From: a virus
IMG/VR virus record: IMGVR_UViG_3300025099_000012
Location: 1 to 64,000 of that record
Reading direction: 5' to 3' (one strand)
Length of the DNA: 64,000 nucleotides
The notes under the pieces are model-generated. The model saw nothing but the letters and a program-made list of their open reading frames with translations, did no database searches and was not told the DNA's origin. Both the position numbers and the translations under genes were made by a program. Numbering within the stretch: position 1 is the first letter of the stretch; every line of letters starts with the position of its first letter. This document shows, one piece after another, positions 9,060 to 17,540 of the stretch.

Positions 9060-10353
9060 TTCCGTAAAACTCGAAATGCGTATGGCCAGCATTATGGCTC
9101 AACAAGAGGCAAGTGGTTTCCGCTTTGATCTTGCCGCCGCTGAACGAGTTCGCGGTGAGTTTGAACAGGAAATGTCTGAATTACAAAATCGAATATGCCG
9201 ACGCTTTATCTATGTACCTGGTAAGGTTTACACGCCTAAGCGTCCTAACAAAACTAAAGGATATACAGCTGGTGCGCCTATGACTAAGCTGCTCGACTTC
9301 AATCCAACCAGTCGCCAGCATATTGCTTGGGCTCTACAGAACTTCAGCAGGGCTAGGTTTATAAAAGTCACTGATACGGGTAAGCCTAAAGTTGATGAAG
9401 CAACACTATCTGAACTCAGAGATACTGCATTGCAGCATGGCAATACCAAACTGCATGAAGAGTGTGAGATGTTTATCCGCCTGCTTACTTTGCAGAAGTG
9501 GATGGGACAGTTGTCTGAAGGCTCTAACTCATGGTTCAACACCATTGAAGATGACGGATCCATTCATCACAGCTGTTCTCTAGCAACAATCAGCGGTAGA
9601 AATGCGCATCGGGGTCCCAACTTGGGCCAGGTCGTAAGTGCACCATGGGCACGTCAGCTATTTATTCCACATCCTGGTCATGTAATGGTCGGCGCTGACC
9701 TCGAAGGTCTCGAACTTCGGGCACTTGGGCACTATTTAGCCGTCTTCGATGAGGGAGCCTTCGCTGATGTTGTGGTCAACGGTGATATTCACCAACAGAA
9801 CGCAGATCGCGTGGGATGCACAAGGAATGAAGTCAAAAGTCTTGTTTATGGGTTCATTTATGGGGCAGGAGATGTGAAGTTAGGTCATATTTTGCACCCT
9901 GAACTTAGTGATGCTCAAAAGAAATCTTTAGGTTCTGAGTTACGTCGTAAGTTTCTTGATGCAATTCCTGGACTCGAACCTCTAGTTAATGCAGTAAAAG
10001 AAAAAGTTCGCAGTGCTGGTCAGCTCAAAGCATTAGATGGTCGTCCAATCTTCTGCCGAGCAGAACACAGTTCACTCAACTTTTTGCTTCAGTCATGTGG
10101 GGCAATTTTGAGTAAGCGATGGTGTGTCATCGGTCAAGATTTACTTGATCAAGCTGGTCTTGCCTACGACAACGACTACACCCGCTGTGCGTACGTACAC
10201 GATGAAGTCCAACTGTCTGTAGTACCAGCAGAAGTGGACCGAGTTAAAGAGCTCTTAGTTGCTGCTGCTCCTCTAGCAGGACGCTACTACAACTTTCGTG
10301 TTCCGATTACTGCTGCTGCAGACCATGGAGATAATTGGGCAGCCACTCATTAG
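9046..10353 (+). CDS. polA: DNA polymerase family A, polymerase domain
   Basis: Motif A ADLEGLELR, motif B KSLVYGFIYGAG, motif C VHDEVQ. Confidence 0.95.
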   Translation: MKLIDSVKLEMRMASIMAQQEASGFRFDLAAAERVRGEFEQEMSELQNRICRRFIYVPGKVYTPKRPNKTKGYTAGAPMTKLLDFNPTSRQHIAWALQNFSRARFIKVTDTGKPKVDEATLSELRDTALQHGNTKLHEECEMFIRLLTLQKWMGQLSEGSNSWFNTIEDDGSIHHSCSLATISGRNAHRGPNLGQVVSAPWARQLFIPHPGHVMVGADLEGLELRALGHYLAVFDEGAFADVVVNGDIHQQNADRVGCTRNEVKSLVYGFIYGAGDVKLGHILHPELSDAQKKSLGSELRRKFLDAIPGLEPLVNAVKEKVRSAGQLKALDGRPIFCRAEHSSLNFLLQSCGAILSKRWCVIGQDLLDQAGLAYDNDYTRCAYVHDEVQLSVVPAEVDRVKELLVAAAPLAGRYYNFRVPITAAADHGDNWAATH

Positions 10354-10360
10354 ATAATTT

Positions 10361-10567
10361 GTGGTTGATACAATAGTCTCTATGGAAGATTTACATATTG
10401 CAGTTGAGTTTGATGAGCGTGCAATACGTGCGCTCCATTGTGCTGTGTCAATGACACTAGAGAAATGGACAGGGCAAGGTGAAGTAGATCAAGAGGAGCT
10501 TTTTAAACTAAAGCATTTCTTACAAGGTGCTATATTCGAATTTGACTTAAGTCGTTCGTTAAAATAA
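10361..10567 (+). CDS. hypothetical protein
   Basis: 68-aa ORF. Confidence 0.5.
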   Translation: MVDTIVSMEDLHIAVEFDERAIRALHCAVSMTLEKWTGQGEVDQEELFKLKHFLQGAIFEFDLSRSLK

Positions 10568-10591
10568 ACTATACACTAAAACTATATAGTA

Positions 10592-11485
10592 GTGAATATT
10601 AATAATCTTACCCGCTTCGCTACTGATCGTCTTGATGATTTAAAAGATGTAGCTGGTGCTATTTCTAATGAAGTTAAATATGCTGCTGGTCAATTAAGAG
10701 ATAAAGCTGTTGTGCCCGCTATTGATAATTCTATGGAAACTGGCTTGCTGCGAAGTGATGCTGGAATGTATGGACGTTATTTAACAGGAACTTCAGTTCC
10801 TCTAACAAAAGTGCCTTTAGATATTAAGCGTGACGAAGCAGCAATCGCTGAGAAATTAGGTGGATTTGAAAACAATAATAAAAGGAGGCAAGGACACACT
10901 TCACTTAGGAATAGTATTGCAAAATCAGACAATATGTCAAAAGCTTTTAATTCCGTAAAACAACTTTTTGATGAACAGCAAAAAACTGGCGTTGATATCA
11001 AAGCTCATAATATGGGGTTTGGAAAGTATTCTCCCGAACAAGTATCTAAATACAATAAAAGCGAAAGCAAAATACAACAGTTAGTCCAAAAACATGGAAG
11101 ACAAGTAGGCCCACTCAGTCAAAATAATCCTGCTCCTAACTTTAGTGATAGAGATAGATCCTATGCTGCTTCAGAGTTTAAACCTTTTGATAAAAATAAT
11201 TACACTAATCAAAATTACAAAGCCGAGTTTGGAGACCAGGGGATTGTAGGCTCTACGGCAAATACCCTTGGGCAATATACTGTAAAAGATGGAACTGTGC
11301 TTGATAGGTACGATTTCAATAGATACACCAAAGGTAATTTTGAGGCTGGCGGAGTTATTACTGGAGCATCAGATACTTCAACAAATCTCCCATATTTCTT
11401 GGCAAATTCTGCAGGAAAAATTGCTGACAAGCTTGGTATTATTAATCCTCAATCAGGATACGACGTAAGGCTCAAACTAAGATAG
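10592..11485 (+). CDS. hypothetical protein (possible virion cargo)
   Basis: 297 aa, AT-rich, upstream TACACT, N-terminal RFATD. Confidence 0.6.
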   Translation: MNINNLTRFATDRLDDLKDVAGAISNEVKYAAGQLRDKAVVPAIDNSMETGLLRSDAGMYGRYLTGTSVPLTKVPLDIKRDEAAIAEKLGGFENNNKRRQGHTSLRNSIAKSDNMSKAFNSVKQLFDEQQKTGVDIKAHNMGFGKYSPEQVSKYNKSESKIQQLVQKHGRQVGPLSQNNPAPNFSDRDRSYAASEFKPFDKNNYTNQNYKAEFGDQGIVGSTANTLGQYTVKDGTVLDRYDFNRYTKGNFEAGGVITGASDTSTNLPYFLANSAGKIADKLGIINPQSGYDVRLKLR

Positions 11486-11488
11486 AAT
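11483..11488 (+). promoter_or_regulatory. -10 box of riboswitch/DUF4278 unit
   Basis: TAGAAT 7 nt before riboswitch P1. Confidence 0.6.
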
Positions 11489-11495
11489 ATAAATA

Positions 11496-11551
11496 CGTTC
11501 ATCTCCTAACATTAGGAGACGCAAGTACCGCAAGACTGGTGGGAAGGAACG
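11496..11551 (+). ncRNA. glutamine riboswitch (glnA / downstream-peptide class)
   Basis: P1 CGTTC/GAACG, P2 TCTCCTAA/TTAGGAGA, junction CGCAAGTA and GAAGGAACG; directly upstream of DUF4278-like ORF. Confidence 0.75.
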
Positions 11552-11580
11552 GGAAACTACACCTCACTATGGAGTTTCCA

Positions 11581-11763
11581 ATGACCCAATTACAAGCTCG
11601 TGCTGTCGAAAATGCACGTAAAGAATACCGTCGTGCACAGAATGAACTGCGTGTTCATCGTCTGTCTGAAACACGGTATCGTGGTATTCCCACAATCAAA
11701 GCAACTGAAGTAAAAGAACAACACGGATGTTTTACATATCGTGGTGTTAGTTACTGTCACTAA
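11581..11763 (+). CDS. DUF4278-like small protein (IF17/GifB-related candidate)
   Basis: Two YRG(I/V) repeats; GGAG RBS at 11571-11574. Confidence 0.7.
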   Translation: MTQLQARAVENARKEYRRAQNELRVHRLSETRYRGIPTIKATEVKEQHGCFTYRGVSYCH

Positions 11764-11784
11764 TATATACAATTATATTTCTGT

Positions 11785-11813
11785 CCCTCGCTTACCAGCG
11801 GGGGTCTTTTTTT
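11785..11813 (+). terminator. intrinsic terminator
   Basis: CCCTCGCT-TACC-AGCGGGGG then T-run. Confidence 0.75.
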
Positions 11814-11879
11814 ATTTATTTGTCACATATAATTATTGAAGCGATAAGTGTTAATCGCTATACATACTAGTTATTTATT

Positions 11880-12251
11880 ATGAAATCTATTATTGCTATT
11901 GCAGCTTTGTCTGTTTTGTCTGCTCCAGTCTTTGCTGGACCATACACAAATATTGAGAACAATGCAGTCTGGTTGGGCAAAGAGTTCGAAGCTGCTTCTA
12001 CCGAAATTCATGCTGGGTATGAATTTGAAGCTGGAGAAGACGCTATCATTTATGTACAGGCAGGACCTGCTTTTATCTCCATTGAAGATGAAGATACAAA
12101 CACAGAAGTGTCTGGCAAAGTTGGAATTGTTGCTGATGTCTCAACAAACGTCGAAGTCTACGGAGAAGTTGCATTTGTCACTGCCGATCAAGAGTTTGAC
12201 TTGGATACCCTCGCATTGGGTACCAAGATTGGTGCTACCTACCGCTTCTGA
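11880..12251 (+). CDS. cyanophage outer-membrane beta-barrel (porin-like) protein
   Basis: Signal peptide ..APVFA, alternating beta strands, C-terminal KIGATYRF. Confidence 0.75.
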   Translation: MKSIIAIAALSVLSAPVFAGPYTNIENNAVWLGKEFEAASTEIHAGYEFEAGEDAIIYVQAGPAFISIEDEDTNTEVSGKVGIVADVSTNVEVYGEVAFVTADQEFDLDTLALGTKIGATYRF

Positions 12252-12280
12252 TCGCTAGATTAAGAAAGGAAGAATACTCG

Positions 12281-12309
12281 CCCTCGCTTAACAGCGGGGG
12301 TATTTTTTT
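12281..12309 (+). terminator. intrinsic terminator
   Basis: CCCTCGCT-TAAC-AGCGGGGG then T-run; near-identical to 11785 copy. Confidence 0.75.
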
Positions 12310-12344
12310 ATTTATACAATAAAGGAAGACTATGTAATAAATAG

Positions 12345-13025
12345 ATGCGATACGCGGGTGATTTATTTAGAGCTTTTGGTGAGAATTTAAGAGAACAGAA
12401 ACTAGCTACTAACCGTAGTAAACCTATTGGTGCTGGTGCTAATGGTGTTGTTTATACATCTGATACGCCAGGGAATGTAATAAAGCAAACTCAAGTTGAT
12501 GATCAGTTATATGAGCGCAGTCTTGAAAATGAAGTTAACATGCAAGCCATAGCTGCTGAATTGGGAATTGCTCCAAAGGTTGTTGGATTAGAAAGATTCC
12601 AAGGCGGAATTGGCAATCGTATTGAAATGGAAGACGTACGTAAAAACTTTGAAACGCATGGCAATTATCAAGCATTTCCTACTGGGATGGATGCTGTACG
12701 TGTCAATCAACAATTAGGTCAATTAGCTTTGAAAGGCGTTCGACTAGAAGACAGGCACAATGGCAATGTCTTGTACAACAAAATGACTGGGCGTCCGATG
12801 CAGATCGACTTTGGCATTTCTGGGAAACTGCTAGACGACTCACAAAAAGCTGCGATGTTAACTCACGTAAGTGCTGAAGGCTTTGAAGCCGCAGGTATTC
12901 CTGAACTGGGACAAATATTGCGTGCCACAGTTAATGATTACTTAGAAGGTGGCGATATTCCTCAAGCACTTGATCTAGCCAAGCAAGGATTTAGTCGCTT
13001 ACAAAAAATAAAACAGGTTGCTTAA
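12345..13025 (+). CDS. Ser/Thr protein kinase-like protein
   Basis: Gly loop GAGANGVVY, VIK, helix-C Glu (ENE), catalytic loop DRHNGN, DFG. Confidence 0.8.
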   Translation: MRYAGDLFRAFGENLREQKLATNRSKPIGAGANGVVYTSDTPGNVIKQTQVDDQLYERSLENEVNMQAIAAELGIAPKVVGLERFQGGIGNRIEMEDVRKNFETHGNYQAFPTGMDAVRVNQQLGQLALKGVRLEDRHNGNVLYNKMTGRPMQIDFGISGKLLDDSQKAAMLTHVSAEGFEAAGIPELGQILRATVNDYLEGGDIPQALDLAKQGFSRLQKIKQVA

Positions 13026-13333
13026 GAAGTAAACTCTTCATAGAGATTTCTCTTGACTTCTGTTTCTGGGCGAAAAGACTCGGCTCGTTCTTTATCATAA
13101 GCTGCTCTTTGATTCCGCATTTGCTGAGTAAACAATCCACCTTTAAATCCTCCAAACCCACCTCCAGCTGCTCCTCCATACGGTACTCCTTGTGTTCCTG
13201 GAGATTGTTCAGTTCTAAAAGGTTGTCGATTTGCATTAAATCTATATTCAGCGGCACGTTGCTTTGCTATAGCTGGCCCACGTTTGTTGGGAGTATAAGC
13301 ATCACCCTGTCGTAATCGTCGTCTATCAACCAC
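13022..13333 (-). CDS. hypothetical protein
   Basis: 103 aa, R/G-rich. Confidence 0.55.
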   Translation of the reverse strand: MVDRRRLRQGDAYTPNKRGPAIAKQRAAEYRFNANRQPFRTEQSPGTQGVPYGGAAGGGFGGFKGGLFTQQMRNQRAAYDKERAESFRPETEVKRNLYEEFTS

Positions 13334-13352
13334 TATAGATTCCTACTATTAC

Positions 13353-13535
13353 TTATCCATTATACTTCTGAAACCCAGGCTTACATTCATCTTCTGCATC
13401 AAAACACACTACCCATTCTGCATCCTTTCTCAATAGATGCTCAGGTAATTCTGATTGAAGTATTGATATAGCTGCAAGATGGTGAGGTGAATCAGTAAAT
13501 GCTTTGAAATATTTCGATAACGTTATTCTTCTCAC
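13353..13535 (-). CDS. small protein resembling the endolysin N-terminal domain
   Basis: FKAF..PHH.AAI..L..ELP..LL...AEW aligns by eye with residues ~9-48 of 20555..21304. Confidence 0.55.
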   Translation of the reverse strand: MRRITLSKYFKAFTDSPHHLAAISILQSELPEHLLRKDAEWVVCFDAEDECKPGFQKYNG

Positions 13536-13762
13536 TAATGAATGCCTACTTGCTGATTAAGCTCTTTCACTGCCTTGGCTAAAGGCACAATTGTTGCAAC
13601 AAGCTTTTTAGGTAGCTCTTTTTCTCGTTGTTCCATAGTCTTTGATACAAGCGTCATCTTCTCTTGCACTGCATCAATTTTGGTTTCCAAGCTTTTCTGT
13701 TTATAATCTGTGAACTTCATTGACAATAGCAATGTCAGTACTGGACCAATAATATATTCCAT
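13535..13762 (-). CDS. small membrane-anchored coiled-coil protein
   Basis: Hydrophobic N-terminus plus heptads. Confidence 0.55.
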   Translation of the reverse strand: MEYIIGPVLTLLLSMKFTDYKQKSLETKIDAVQEKMTLVSKTMEQREKELPKKLVATIVPLAKAVKELNQQVGIH

Positions 13763-13795
13763 TGATATCGATTAACTCAACTAAGTCTAACTCAA

Positions 13796-14128
13796 TTAAA
13801 CAAATTCGAGGCCGTCATCTTCTAAGTCGTCATCCTCCCATCCCTCGTCCATGATGTCTGTAGACATTTCCGGTTGATCTGCAGACAGTTCTAACAATTC
13901 ACAAAATGTTTCTTCAGAAATAATTTCAGGAAGACCAGATTGCTGCTCATCAATTTTGAAAACAATTCCAGATGCCATTAAAGTTTCTTGAACACCATTT
14001 TTTTGCTCCATTCTCGATTTAAGCAGTCGTAAGGCCGTTTTTTCCAGAGCTGGTCTGCTCATTCGACTGACCTCGTATCGTGCTCGTGTGAGAGCAAATC
14101 TCTGTTCGATTGTAAGCTGGTTGGTCAT
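13796..14128 (-). CDS. nblA: NblA-like phycobilisome degradation protein with acidic tail
   Basis: LTIEQRFAL..EVSRMS..L...L..RMEQKN..QETL fits the NblA consensus LSLEQQF..VxxMS. Confidence 0.65.
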   Translation of the reverse strand: MTNQLTIEQRFALTRARYEVSRMSRPALEKTALRLLKSRMEQKNGVQETLMASGIVFKIDEQQSGLPEIISEETFCELLELSADQPEMSTDIMDEGWEDDDLEDDGLEFV

Positions 14129-14471
14129 CTAATTCTGCCTCAGTAAATCTCTTGTTTGTAATCCATTCTTCAATCAATTCTTGCGCTACTTCGTTGTAGA
14201 ACGTTTGACTTTTAAACCATACTAACCAAGGCTTTGATCCTTTGGAGTGATTACACTCAAGGCAGCAAGGTAGTATGTTGCTCCTCAGGCTATTTCCACC
14301 TCTTGATTTCGGCTTGACGTGATCCAGTGTGGTTGCACGGTTGCATCTGCAATATGCGCAGAGGCCTCCCCATCCATATTTAATTGATTTTTTAAATCTT
14401 CGCTTGGCACTTTGTTTAGATAAACAAGTGAGGTCAAACAGTAGGTCCGACCAGTCTTCAGCAATACCCAT
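14019..14471 (-). CDS. HNH endonuclease
   Basis: CAYC..TLDHVKPKSRGG..N..CCLECNHSKG. Confidence 0.85.
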   Translation of the reverse strand: MGIAEDWSDLLFDLTCLSKQSAKRRFKKSIKYGWGGLCAYCRCNRATTLDHVKPKSRGGNSLRSNILPCCLECNHSKGSKPWLVWFKSQTFYNEVAQELIEEWITNKRFTEAELDDQPAYNRTEICSHTSTIRGQSNEQTSSGKNGLTTA

Positions 14472-14536
14472 TCGTTCTTATTTAAGGAACTTACTACGAA
14501 TGTAACGGAACTGCGTTCTTTGTGTGTATTTAAGTA

Positions 14537-14794
14537 TCAACGATTGCGTGTTTGAGTTAATACAAGTTCATCTAACTTATCTTCTATGCGAATCATATGA
14601 GCTTCTACTCGCTCCAATGTCGTTGCAAAGTCCACTTTTGATATATAGGAGCGGGCCATGCAAAGTTCCACTTCATCAATACGTTTGTCAACGTTATCAA
14701 TTTTACTATTTATCTTCGACGTCAGGATAAATCCACCTGTCACTACTGCTAATCCTGCACTCACAATAGATTCAATCATGACTACAAGTTTCAC
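14537..14794 (-). CDS. holin-like/TM coiled-coil protein
   Basis: N-terminal TM helix, C-terminal RIEDKLD. Confidence 0.5.
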   Translation of the reverse strand: MKLVVMIESIVSAGLAVVTGGFILTSKINSKIDNVDKRIDEVELCMARSYISKVDFATTLERVEAHMIRIEDKLDELVLTQTRNR

Positions 14795-14857
14795 TAGTCT
14801 TTTTATATATTGTATCTCACAAAATTTTTAAAAAGTTTTTAGACTAAAGCAAATCTA

Positions 14858-15271
14858 ATGATTAATATGAATCTAGAACTTGACGAACTCCATCTTAATC
14901 CTAATATCTGTATTTGTAGATCAGAGATTCATCGTTGGGGAGTATTTGCCACAAAGGATATTGCCAAGCATGATGTATTACAAGAATCACCATACTGCAC
15001 ATTTCCATATAATGAGCTTAAGAAACGAGCAGATGTAGTTGTTAGATACACCTATGACTCATCGTCTAATCCTGATACCGACGAAGTTGTTCTGGGATTT
15101 GGATTTGCTGCGCTGTACAACCATGCACCTGAAAACAATGCGGCTTACGAACTAGATACTGTTAATGAAATTATGCGTCACTATGCAGTCAAGGATATTG
15201 CGGCTGGTGAGGAAATTTTCATTGATTATGGTTATGACGAAGCCGATAATGCGGACTTTGGAGATTACTAG
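14858..15271 (+). CDS. SET-domain lysine methyltransferase-like protein
   Basis: WGVFATKDI, LYNHA, AVKDIAAGEEIFIDYG. Confidence 0.85.
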   Translation: MINMNLELDELHLNPNICICRSEIHRWGVFATKDIAKHDVLQESPYCTFPYNELKKRADVVVRYTYDSSSNPDTDEVVLGFGFAALYNHAPENNAAYELDTVNEIMRHYAVKDIAAGEEIFIDYGYDEADNADFGDY

Positions 15272-15640
15272 TTACGTTTTTTTTGACTTATGGCTGTAAG
15301 AAATTGTCCAGCCATCTTGCCCAAACTCTCCAACCTCTTCAAATTTCCAATCCAACTCAGGATCTGGTTCTGGTGTTGAACGCTTGAAATCCTCCACCGC
15401 AGTATCTAGTTTGTGCGGCAGAGTTGTATAAAATTTTCTTTCTTGTATCTTCCGTCTGACAGTTTCCAGTGGACTCCGACTATTGAACTGATATATCCAT
15501 TTCCCGTCTGACGGTATGTTGCTCAGGCCTTTTTTCCAGGCTTGATTGCATTGATTGCAGAAAGCACGAGCTGCACAACTGAGTTGCTTTTCAGTGGAGT
15601 CAGTGCAATGATTTCGCTTGCAGCAGCAATAACAATCCAA
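15272..15640 (-). CDS. hypothetical protein
   Basis: 122-aa ORF, start uncertain. Confidence 0.45.
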   Translation of the reverse strand: MDCYCCCKRNHCTDSTEKQLSCAARAFCNQCNQAWKKGLSNIPSDGKWIYQFNSRSPLETVRRKIQERKFYTTLPHKLDTAVEDFKRSTPEPDPELDWKFEEVGEFGQDGWTISYSHKSKKT

Positions 15641-15870
15641 AAAATTGGAGACTCAATAATACCCATGGTTATATATCTAAGTTGATTTTATTCTAACTAC
15701 TTTGCTACGCAAACTACGGGATTTTCTATATACCTATAGTGTTAATGCTGCGTAGCTCCTATACATCTATTATTTATAAACAGTATATAGGAGCCAGCGT
15801 GGTTGGTGTAGTTTTTGCAGCTTTTCTCCTTTAGCTCTATGCTTAGTAAGCGCAGATGTATATATACATT

Positions 15871-16149
15871 ATGGAATTTTCGACAGAGCAGCAATTGTTC
15901 CTGGCGATTCGCAGCCTCGACACAAAGCTCGACAGCGTGCTTCGTCGTCTCAACTCAGAAGAACAAGCAGAGTGGCTAGACACTAAAGACACTTGCTCGA
16001 TGCTTGGTTGCACCGACCGTCACCTCCGCAACTTGATGGCAGAGGGCACCATCGCTGGTGACTGCATCCGTAATGTCGGCACCATCAAACGTGCTCGTTA
16101 CAAGTTTCACCGCAGCAAGGTTATGAGTCAGTACCTCAAGCGCGTTTGA
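15871..16149 (+). CDS. xis: excisionase-like HTH protein
   Basis: EWLDTKDTCSMLGCTDRHLRNL (MerR/HTH_17-like), convergent with integrase. Confidence 0.65.
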   Translation: MEFSTEQQLFLAIRSLDTKLDSVLRRLNSEEQAEWLDTKDTCSMLGCTDRHLRNLMAEGTIAGDCIRNVGTIKRARYKFHRSKVMSQYLKRV

Positions 16150-17245
16150 ACTTGTCGCGCTGCTTTTCCCTCAGTGCACGCATGTTTTTCTTGTTGATCC
16201 ACAGGTGGTAGTGCTTTCTGTGTGTCGTTTCTGAGTGACCCATCAGCCTTGCAGCAGTGCTGATCTCTATCCCCTGCACTAGCGATCGAATCGCATAAGC
16301 GTGACGCAGGTTGTACAGCGGCCTGTGCTTGAGATTGTTACGTTCCATGTAATCGGAGTACTGCCTGGAAACGTTCAAGCGGTGGCAGGTGGGCTTGTGT
16401 ATCTCACATAGGTTCAGCTCCTTGATCCATTCTTCTGGCAACGCCCAAGCTTCACGCGAGTAAGGCTTGCCCTTGGTTTTGTAAGTCATCAGATTGATTA
16501 CGTCATCCTCGAACTCGACGCTCAGTAATTCGCTGGGCCTGGTGCCAAAGGCCATGCTCATGCCATGCACCCATTTCCAACGTGGATCTTCGATGCTGCT
16601 CCAAATCGCTAGCAATTCCTCATCACTAGGAATGTCCCGCTCAGTGAGCTGAGAAATTGTGTAGCCCTTCATCGCGTCGAACAGTGGCTGCTTATCCCAC
16701 TTCAATCCCATGTGATTAAGGGTGACTGAGACGATCGAACCGAAGTTTTTCCGACTGCTAGGCGACTCAATGTCCTTAATCACCTGGCAGATCGCCTCTA
16801 GATCAGCAGATTCATAGAACTTGCTGAACAGGCTGATCGTCGGTTTGTACTTAGCGGTGTAGATGCCCGCGCCTGTCTTGGGCTTGTCTGGGTAATAGGC
16901 ATCGAAGCGTGCCTCGATTGCCTGGCACAGCTCTGAAAACAGGATCGAATCACGTTGAGCACTGGTTTTCTTTGCAGTGATCTTGTCTTTGCTCCAGTTG
17001 CTCCAGCTGAAAGTGCCCATCGAAAGCTCCTCGTCCAAGCGGAACGCCAGCTCTTTGGCCTTATCAGGTGTACTTAAATCGCTGGCCCTCAGACCTGTCG
17101 GAATTTGCTGCTGTTTACGCTTGCTCGGCTCCGTTTTGCAGGGCAGTGTGGCGACTAAGTACACAGCCTGTCGATCAGGCAGGGTTTTGATAGCGCAACG
17201 GTCCAGCTTCTTATTGAGGAACGTGACCCAATTTCTGTCCATCAC
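16136..17245 (-). CDS. int: tyrosine integrase
   Basis: GTRPSEL, LRHAYAIR, LMGHS, HRKHY catalytic residues. Confidence 0.92.
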   Translation of the reverse strand: MMDRNWVTFLNKKLDRCAIKTLPDRQAVYLVATLPCKTEPSKRKQQQIPTGLRASDLSTPDKAKELAFRLDEELSMGTFSWSNWSKDKITAKKTSAQRDSILFSELCQAIEARFDAYYPDKPKTGAGIYTAKYKPTISLFSKFYESADLEAICQVIKDIESPSSRKNFGSIVSVTLNHMGLKWDKQPLFDAMKGYTISQLTERDIPSDEELLAIWSSIEDPRWKWVHGMSMAFGTRPSELLSVEFEDDVINLMTYKTKGKPYSREAWALPEEWIKELNLCEIHKPTCHRLNVSRQYSDYMERNNLKHRPLYNLRHAYAIRSLVQGIEISTAARLMGHSETTHRKHYHLWINKKNMRALREKQRDKFKRA

Positions 17246-17358
17246 TGACTTCTCGGCTGATCCGAGTATGCCCCAAACTCACTGATCCTGTGTACTTAAA
17301 AACCGTCTTAAATCCCTGGTTTTGGTGCCGGAACAGACCGGAACACAGGTGAACCAAT

Positions 17359-17383
17359 AAAAAAGGGACCCTTTCGGATCCCC
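17359..17383 (-). terminator. terminator downstream of tRNA fragment
   Basis: On - strand GGGGATCCGAAAGGGTCCC-TTTTTT. Confidence 0.75.
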
Positions 17384-17415
17384 TGGTATGACTGGTATTT
17401 CAGCCGTTGACTGAA

Positions 17416-17459
17416 TCGGAGCGGCGGGATTTGAACCCACGACCCCTACTACCCCAAAG
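17416..17459 (-). mobile_element. attP core = 3' half of tRNA-Pro(GGG)
   Basis: Reverse complement CTTTGGGGTAGTAGGGGTCGTGGGTTCAAATCCCGCCGCTCCGA: anticodon loop, T-arm, acceptor 3' strand; no 5' half; adjacent to int. Confidence 0.85.
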
Positions 17460-17540
17460 AGGTAATAATTCTTTATAAACCCGCTGTATGACTGGCTCTT
17501 GAGTCGTCAAATTTTTAAATGTGCTTAATTTTGTGCTTAA

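Noticed and set aside
17416-17459. Full tRNA-Pro gene
   Set aside because: 5' acceptor strand and D-arm are absent; treated as attP core
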